NCBI RefSeq assembly: GCF_000737315.1
Contig: NZ_JMCB01000015.1
Location: 124,001 to 188,000 of the forward strand
Length of the DNA stretch: 64,000 bases
Source of the DNA: Hyalangium minutum
GTDB taxonomy: Bacteria > Myxococcota > Myxococcia > Myxococcales > Myxococcaceae
Direction of reading: 5' to 3'
Shown here: positions 58,887 to 64,000 of the stretch, piece after piece
Numbering within the stretch: the first letter of the stretch is position 1
How the letters are laid out: every line of letters begins with the position of its first letter
Program-made: the position numbers and the translations under genes
Notes under the pieces: model-generated
Database searches by the model: none
Told to the model about the DNA's origin: nothing
What the model saw: the letters and a program-made list of their open reading frames with translations, nothing else

Positions 58887-59032
58887 CGTAGCACCCCAGG
58901 GCCCCTCTTCAGAAGGTGGCCGCATGCCTGCTCTGGGAGATGGGCGTGCAGGATGAACTGTGCGAGGGTCGGCCTCGTGGGGTGGCGTCTCAGGCAGGGG
59001 CCTGGGTCGCTGCGGCCCCCGGAGGACGTGGC

Positions 59033-59674
59033 ATGGCCCGGCAACCGCTGGCGTCGAAGTTCCTGGAGGGTGCGCTTGACTGGGTGAAGCGACTGCCCAC
59101 GGCGTTGGCCTCGGATGTGGCGGTGGATGTGGGGCGCAAGCGGGTGCGGCTCTCGCACGCTCGGGTGGAGGCGCTCGCACGGCAGGTACTGGCCAAGGTG
59201 AAGCCGCTGGAGCTGCACGCGTGGGAGGATGGCCCGGAGGTGTATGGCCTCCGGTTCTCGGTGAGTGGCTGGCGCCTGTTCGCCGAGGTCACCCTGGAGC
59301 GGCTGGAGCTGGTCTCCGGGACTTATAAGGTGTGGCTGCGCACCCCGGGCAAGGTGGAGCTGGAGGAGTCCAAGGCCGGGTCCCTCCTCGTGGGCGTGCT
59401 GCGGCGGGGAGCAGGGCAGGGCGCGGTGCGGGCCCTGGCGGAGAAGCTGCTCCCGCCCAACATCCGCTGGGACGGCAAGGTGCTGGTGGTGCAGGGAAAT
59501 CTCCCGAAGGAAGGCGTCATCTCCGCCAAGCTCTTCGAGAGCTCCTCCCTGGCCATGTCCGCCGAGCACACCCCGGATGGGCTCTGGCTGGCGGCCGAGG
59601 AGTGGCCCAACCTCATGGATCTCTTGCAGGCCGTCATGGGCACGGACCTGCCTCGCAAGCCGCTGGGGACCTGA
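59033..59674 (+). CDS. Hypothetical protein
   Basis: GGAGGA SD and typical codon bias. No motif recognised. Confidence 0.75.
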   Translation: MARQPLASKFLEGALDWVKRLPTALASDVAVDVGRKRVRLSHARVEALARQVLAKVKPLELHAWEDGPEVYGLRFSVSGWRLFAEVTLERLELVSGTYKVWLRTPGKVELEESKAGSLLVGVLRRGAGQGAVRALAEKLLPPNIRWDGKVLVVQGNLPKEGVISAKLFESSSLAMSAEHTPDGLWLAAEEWPNLMDLLQAVMGTDLPRKPLGT

Positions 59675-59685
59675 GCCGCGTCCGC

Positions 59686-60423
59686 TCAGGCGTCCTCGTC
59701 GCCGAGCTGCGCCCTCAGGCGGGACAGGCGCATGGGGCCGATGAGCCCCTGCTGGGCCAGGAGCTGGAGCAGCTCCACCGTGGCGCGCAGCCGGGCCTCC
59801 TGGAGCTCCTCCGTCTCGCCAGCGATGTCGGACTCCAGCAGCGTGTCCAGGTGCTCAGTGTTGATGGGGGTGGGGCCCTCGGACCAGGCGATGTCGAAGA
59901 GCCGCTTGGCGATGTGAGCCCGCGCCGTCCGCTCCAGGTCCGTGGCCCCCTTCTGCGAGAACTTCAGCATCAGCGCGTCCACGCCCTCCCGTGTCAGCGC
60001 CGCGAGCGCCGGAATCTCCCCGAGCGCCTCCTCCACGAAGGACGCATCGAAGGAGTCCACCTCCTCGTCGTAGCCAAACGCCTCCTCTAGGAGGATGGAG
60101 GCGATGAAGGCGTCCGTCTCCTCCTCGGTGGCGCCCTCCGAGGTGAGGGCTTCCCGGGCTTTGGCGGTGGCTGCGGCCAGCTTCGCGTCCTGGCCCACCG
60201 CGAGCGCCGCCGAGTGCGCCGCCAGCAACACGAGCGAGGCCTGGGCATCCGACGCGAGCTTGCGGCCGCTGATCCCGAGCACCTCGGAGCGCTGCTGGGG
60301 GTGCTTGACCGCGGTGGCGGTGAAGAGCTGCTCCTCGGCATCGAGCGGCTCACCGGCCTTCTCCTTGCGGAGCGTCTCCCGGGCGGCATCGAGGCTGAGA
60401 AAGCGGGCAATCAGTGGGTGCAT
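59686..60423 (-). CDS. Hypothetical alpha-helical protein
   Basis: Strong codon bias. ATG at 60423 lies 7 nt after an extended -10. Confidence 0.75.
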   Translation of the reverse strand: MHPLIARFLSLDAARETLRKEKAGEPLDAEEQLFTATAVKHPQQRSEVLGISGRKLASDAQASLVLLAAHSAALAVGQDAKLAAATAKAREALTSEGATEEETDAFIASILLEEAFGYDEEVDSFDASFVEEALGEIPALAALTREGVDALMLKFSQKGATDLERTARAHIAKRLFDIAWSEGPTPINTEHLDTLLESDIAGETEELQEARLRATVELLQLLAQQGLIGPMRLSRLRAQLGDEDA

Positions 60424-60430
60424 GCCGCGC

Positions 60431-60450
60431 CTGTTACCACATGCTAGACA
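60431..60450. promoter_or_regulatory. Back-to-back extended -10 promoters for two leaderless divergent genes
   Basis: Plus strand: TG-C-TAGACA-7nt-ATG (recX). Minus strand: TG-G-TAACAG-7nt-ATG. The intergenic distance is 34 bp. Confidence 0.6.
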
Positions 60451-60457
60451 GCAAGCG

Positions 60458-60964
60458 ATGAGCACGGAGCAGGAAGGCCCCGAGGCAGTGCGGCGCGCGA
60501 CAGAAGCGTGCCTGCGGCTGTTGGCCCTGCGCGCCCGGAGCCGCCACGAGCTCCAGCAGGCCATGGGCCGCAAGGGCTTCTCCGAGCAGGTGCAGGAAGA
60601 GGTCCTCCAGAAGCTCCAGGGCTTCGGCTACCTGGATGATGCGCGCTTCGCCCGGGAGCGCGCCGCCTCGCTGCTGCAGAAGGGGAGGCTCGGCCCCCAG
60701 GCGGTGCTCCAGCGGCTGGAGGCCCACGGATTGTCGAGCGAGGCGGCCCGAGAGGCCGTGGCCTCGGCCACCGGGAGCGTGGAGTTCGACGCGCTGGCCG
60801 CCGCGCGGAAGGTGCTCGAAGGGCGAGGGTTGCTCGGGCGCTCGCTCGCCCCCAAGGAGCGGGCTCGGGCCGGACGCCTCCTCCACAGCCGGGGCTTCTC
60901 CGAGGACGTCATCCACCGGCTGCTCGGTGAACCATCGCTGGATCCGTCCGGGCTGGACGATTAG
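60458..60964 (+). CDS. recX: Regulatory protein RecX
   Basis: CLRLLALRARSRHEL..KGF..GYLDDARFA..GPQAVLQRL..GRLLHSRGFSEDVI. Confidence 0.88.
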   Translation: MSTEQEGPEAVRRATEACLRLLALRARSRHELQQAMGRKGFSEQVQEEVLQKLQGFGYLDDARFARERAASLLQKGRLGPQAVLQRLEAHGLSSEAAREAVASATGSVEFDALAAARKVLEGRGLLGRSLAPKERARAGRLLHSRGFSEDVIHRLLGEPSLDPSGLDD

Positions 60965-60979
60965 CTTGCGCGGGTGCCC

Positions 60980-61756
60980 ATGCGTCTCACTTTCACCTGC
61001 CTGACCGCCTTCCTGTTGCTCTCCACCGGCTGTGCCGCCCTCAGTGAAGGGCAGGCCGGGGATCCGGACTATGCCGCCCAGGCCGAGGAGAACCTCCGCC
61101 TCGGGGACGAGGCCCTGGAGAACCGCGACTTCCTCCGCGCCGAGAAGTACTTCGGCTACGTGAAGACGAAGTTCCCGTACCTGGAGGCCTCCAAGGAGGC
61201 CGAGCTGAAGCTGGGGGACGCGGACTTCGAGCAGGAGCACTGGCCCGAGGCCCGCGAGAAGTACGACTCCTTCGTCAAGCTCCACCCCACGCACCCCAAG
61301 GTGGACTACGCCGCCTACCGCTCGGCGCTCACGCACATCAAGGACATGCCCTCGGACTTCTTCCTCCTGCCGCCCTCGGAGGAGAAGGACCAGACGGAAG
61401 TCCAATCCGCGCTCAACGCGATGAACTCCTTCCTGCGCCAGTATCCGGACTCGCAGTACGCCAAGGAGGCCAAGGAGCAGGCCGCCGAGGCCAAGGGCCG
61501 TCTGGCCAAGCACGAGCTGTACGTGGCCGCCTTCTACCGCAAGCGCGAGCGCTGGCCCGCCGTGGCCCAGCGCCTGGAGGGGCTGCTGGCCCGCTACCCG
61601 GGTACCCAGTACGACGAGGAGGCCTTCTTCTCCCTCCATGAGGCGTACGTGAAGCTCAAGCAGCCGGAGAAGGCCAACGAGACGCTGCGCAAGCTCATCC
61701 AGCAGCTGCCGGGCACGCGCGCTGCCGAGCGGGCCCAGCGTATGCTCGGGTCGTGA
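60980..61756 (+). CDS. bamD: Outer membrane protein assembly factor BamD
   Basis: Lipobox LSTGC, TPR repeats, FPY..KEAEL, LHPTHPKVDYAAY, YPDSQYA and LAKHELYVAAFY. Confidence 0.9.
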   Translation: MRLTFTCLTAFLLLSTGCAALSEGQAGDPDYAAQAEENLRLGDEALENRDFLRAEKYFGYVKTKFPYLEASKEAELKLGDADFEQEHWPEAREKYDSFVKLHPTHPKVDYAAYRSALTHIKDMPSDFFLLPPSEEKDQTEVQSALNAMNSFLRQYPDSQYAKEAKEQAAEAKGRLAKHELYVAAFYRKRERWPAVAQRLEGLLARYPGTQYDEEAFFSLHEAYVKLKQPEKANETLRKLIQQLPGTRAAERAQRMLGS

Positions 61757-62475
61757 AGTCGTCCGAGGATTGGAGCCGGCTGGGGGGCATCCTCATTGCC
61801 CTCATGGCCTTCGTCATGGTGGCGCTGGCGGGTCCCCGGTTGCTGGGGATGGCCGCGGGCCCCGAGGCCGAGATCATCGCCGTGCTCAAGGGCCTGGAGA
61901 AGCGGGGCGTCTCGCTCTCCCTCCCGGGCGTCCCCGCTCCGCTCACCTCGAAGGACTTGCACTACGAGCGGATCACCGTGCGTGTGGAGCCCGGGGGCCA
62001 GCGGGCCGAGGTGCTGGCCACCCTGGACTTCACCGGCGCCCTGGGCGAGACGAATGTCAGCTCGTTAGGAGTAGAGCAGGTGTTCTTCGTGCTCCGGGAC
62101 GGGGATTGGGTGCCCGAGACGCTGGCGGCACCTCGGCTGGCGGCGGTGGTGAGGGCGCTGGAGGCCCGCCGGAGGGCCTTGGATCAAGGGGATGCGGCGG
62201 CGCTGGCCCAGCTCTGGGGGCCAGGGGAAGAAGACGGCGGGGGTGGGTCGGTGGGAGTAGGAGAGCCCGAGCTGGACACGGTGCTGGCCCTCAAGCAGCG
62301 GCGCTACAGGGCTGAAGCATGGTTCCTCCGCCTGGAGCGGGAGGACGCCGTGGCCACCGAGCACTGGCGCCTCCAGGGGGATCTCCCCTCCCGGCCCGTG
62401 GACCAGCAGGGGGAGCGCCACTTGAATCTCCTGCGCCGTGGAGAGGAATTCTTGTTTTCGGCGGCAGTCAGGTAG
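61753..62475 (+). CDS. Hypothetical membrane-anchored protein
   Basis: GTGA overlap with the bamD stop and one N-terminal TM helix. Confidence 0.7.
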   Translation: MKSSEDWSRLGGILIALMAFVMVALAGPRLLGMAAGPEAEIIAVLKGLEKRGVSLSLPGVPAPLTSKDLHYERITVRVEPGGQRAEVLATLDFTGALGETNVSSLGVEQVFFVLRDGDWVPETLAAPRLAAVVRALEARRRALDQGDAAALAQLWGPGEEDGGGGSVGVGEPELDTVLALKQRRYRAEAWFLRLEREDAVATEHWRLQGDLPSRPVDQQGERHLNLLRRGEEFLFSAAVR

Positions 62476-62513
62476 GCTAACGGTCTGATCGCCAGCTTTG
62501 GCGAGGTTGGGAC

Positions 62514-63239
62514 ATGGACGAGGCCCTCAAGCAGATCCTCACCCTCGGGCGGGGGTATTTCGACAAGAAGCAGTACGCGCAGGCCGAGCAGTATCTGGCC
62601 CAGGTGGTCGAGCGTCACCAGACGTTCGCCGACGTGTACAACATGCTCGGCGTCATCTACCACGACCAGGGGCAGTTCGCCCGGGCACAGCGGGCGTTCG
62701 AATCCGCGCTCCGCATCAACCCGGCCTATACCGAGGCGGCCCTGAACCTGGCCGTCATCTACAACGACATGGGCAAGTATGCCGAGGCGAAGGAGGTCTA
62801 CCAGAACGCCCTCGCCCGGCAGAAGAACGGCCCCGGGGACATGGACCCCTTCGTCAAGGGGAAGATCGCCAACATGTACGCCGACATCGGCAACGTGTTC
62901 GCCTCCAACTCCGCCTGGGAGCAGGCCATTGGCGAGTACCAGCGCGCCCTGGGCCTGTGCCCTCAGTTCGTGGACATTCGCGTCAAGCTGGGGGATGCCC
63001 TGCGGGATGCGGGCCGCCACGCCGAGGCCATCAAGGAGTTTGAGCAGGCCATCGAGCAGAACCCGGGCTTCATGCCGGGTCGCATCCATTATGGAATCGC
63101 GCTTTACTCCGCGGGCCAGCGGGCGGAGGCGGTGAAGGTGTGGGAGGACGTGCTGGCGCGCGATCCGGACAACAAGAGCGCGCGGATGTACCTCAATCTG
63201 GTGAAGGAACCGGCGGGGAAGGCCGAGCAGGCGGGCTGA
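62514..63239 (+). CDS. TPR-repeat protein
   Basis: Multiple TPR consensus repeats (YNMLGVIY, AALNLAVIY, IRVKLGDAL). Confidence 0.85.
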   Translation: MDEALKQILTLGRGYFDKKQYAQAEQYLAQVVERHQTFADVYNMLGVIYHDQGQFARAQRAFESALRINPAYTEAALNLAVIYNDMGKYAEAKEVYQNALARQKNGPGDMDPFVKGKIANMYADIGNVFASNSAWEQAIGEYQRALGLCPQFVDIRVKLGDALRDAGRHAEAIKEFEQAIEQNPGFMPGRIHYGIALYSAGQRAEAVKVWEDVLARDPDNKSARMYLNLVKEPAGKAEQAG

Positions 63240-63276
63240 TATTCATGGAAACCCTCTTCATCGAGGTCCCGGTACC

Positions 63277-64000
63277 GTGAGCACACCGAGCGGGTCGAAG
63301 GCGTACGCCCTGAAGTTCATCTCTGGGAAGTACCAGGGTGGCGAGTTCCCCCTGAAGCAGGACAAGCAGATCGTCATCGGCCGGTCCAGCGAACTGGACA
63401 TGGTGCTGGTGGAGGACATGGTCTCGCGCAAGCACGCGAAGATCATGATCGCCAGCGGCGCCATCACCATCGAAGACCTGGGCTCCACCAACGGCACCTT
63501 CGTCAACGGTGAGAAGGTGAAGCAGGCCCGGCTCAAGGAGGGCGATCGCATCCTGATCGGCACCTCCATCCTCAAGCTCATCCAGCAGGGCGCCGACTCG
63601 GTCAACGTGGACGAGAACGTCGTCAAGCAGAAGCTCGAGGAGGCCGCGGCGGCCCAGGCGGCCCGCTCCACGAAGACGTCGTCCATGACGGGGAAGATCG
63701 AGGAGATCCCCCTGCCGGACCTGCTGCAGCTCTTCCACACGTCGAAGAAGAACGGCGTGCTCGTCATCACCAACGAGCGCGAGGGGAAGATCTACCTGCG
63801 CCAGGGTCGCGTGTACTACGCGGTCATCGACGAGAACCACAACCTGGGGCCGCAGAAGAGCTTCAACCGCATCATCACCTGGGAAGTGGGCGACTTCGAG
63901 CTGCGCCCGGCGGACAACCAGGAGTTCATGGTGGAGCTGGACTCGTCCACCGAGGCGCTGCTGATGGACGCGCTTCGCCAGCTGGACGAGTTCAAGCGCA
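63277..64000 (+). CDS. FHA domain + DUF4388 (PATAN-like) protein, 3'-truncated by window edge
   Basis: GTG start. FHA IGRSSELD..VSRKHA..DLGSTNGTFVNG, then GKIEEIPLPDLLQLF..KKNGVL. It is missing from the ORF track because no stop lies in the window. Confidence 0.88.
   Translation, partial: MSTPSGSKAYALKFISGKYQGGEFPLKQDKQIVIGRSSELDMVLVEDMVSRKHAKIMIASGAITIEDLGSTNGTFVNGEKVKQARLKEGDRILIGTSILKLIQQGADSVNVDENVVKQKLEEAAAAQAARSTKTSSMTGKIEEIPLPDLLQLFHTSKKNGVLVITNEREGKIYLRQGRVYYAVIDENHNLGPQKSFNRIITWEVGDFELRPADNQEFMVELDSSTEALLMDALRQLDEFKR

Overview
A high-GC chromosomal segment that looks myxobacterial (Myxococcales-like). The supporting signs are a MYXO-CTERM sorting signal, many lipoproteins, PilT paralogues, an FHA-DUF4388 gene and a Myxococcus-type RING-TerD gene. 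Housekeeping-type blocks lie at both ends. The left block (1-15.8 kb) holds an RlmI-like methyltransferase, ahcY under an SAH riboswitch, a UvrD/PcrA helicase, rplM-rpsI and a pilT-like gene. The right block (57.8-64 kb) holds a second pilT-like gene, recX, bamD, a TPR gene and a truncated FHA-DUF4388 gene. Between them lie about 42 kb of accessory genes, mostly for secreted or envelope proteins: a Cys-rich dipeptidase-fold lipoprotein, two small Cys-rich peptides, a coupled ECF sigma / zinc anti-sigma / caspase-like operon, a Tad pseudopilin operon, a TetR-hydrolase pair, a YfiR / CHASE-type hybrid kinase / TonB-receptor operon, a diiron enzyme with CylC-halogenase-type motifs, a RING-TROVE-like-TerD gene behind a structured leader, a DHCR24-like FAD oxidoreductase, a CxxCH protein and a 2127-aa Ig-repeat subtilase. 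I saw no CRISPR array, rRNA, complete tRNA, integrase or transposase. The best leads are the stand-alone CylC-like dimetal enzyme (38989-40077), the two-unit structured leader plus prokaryotic RING gene (42163-44915) and the ECF / anti-sigma / caspase-barrel module (20803-23521). All family assignments come from motif recognition by eye, not from database searches.
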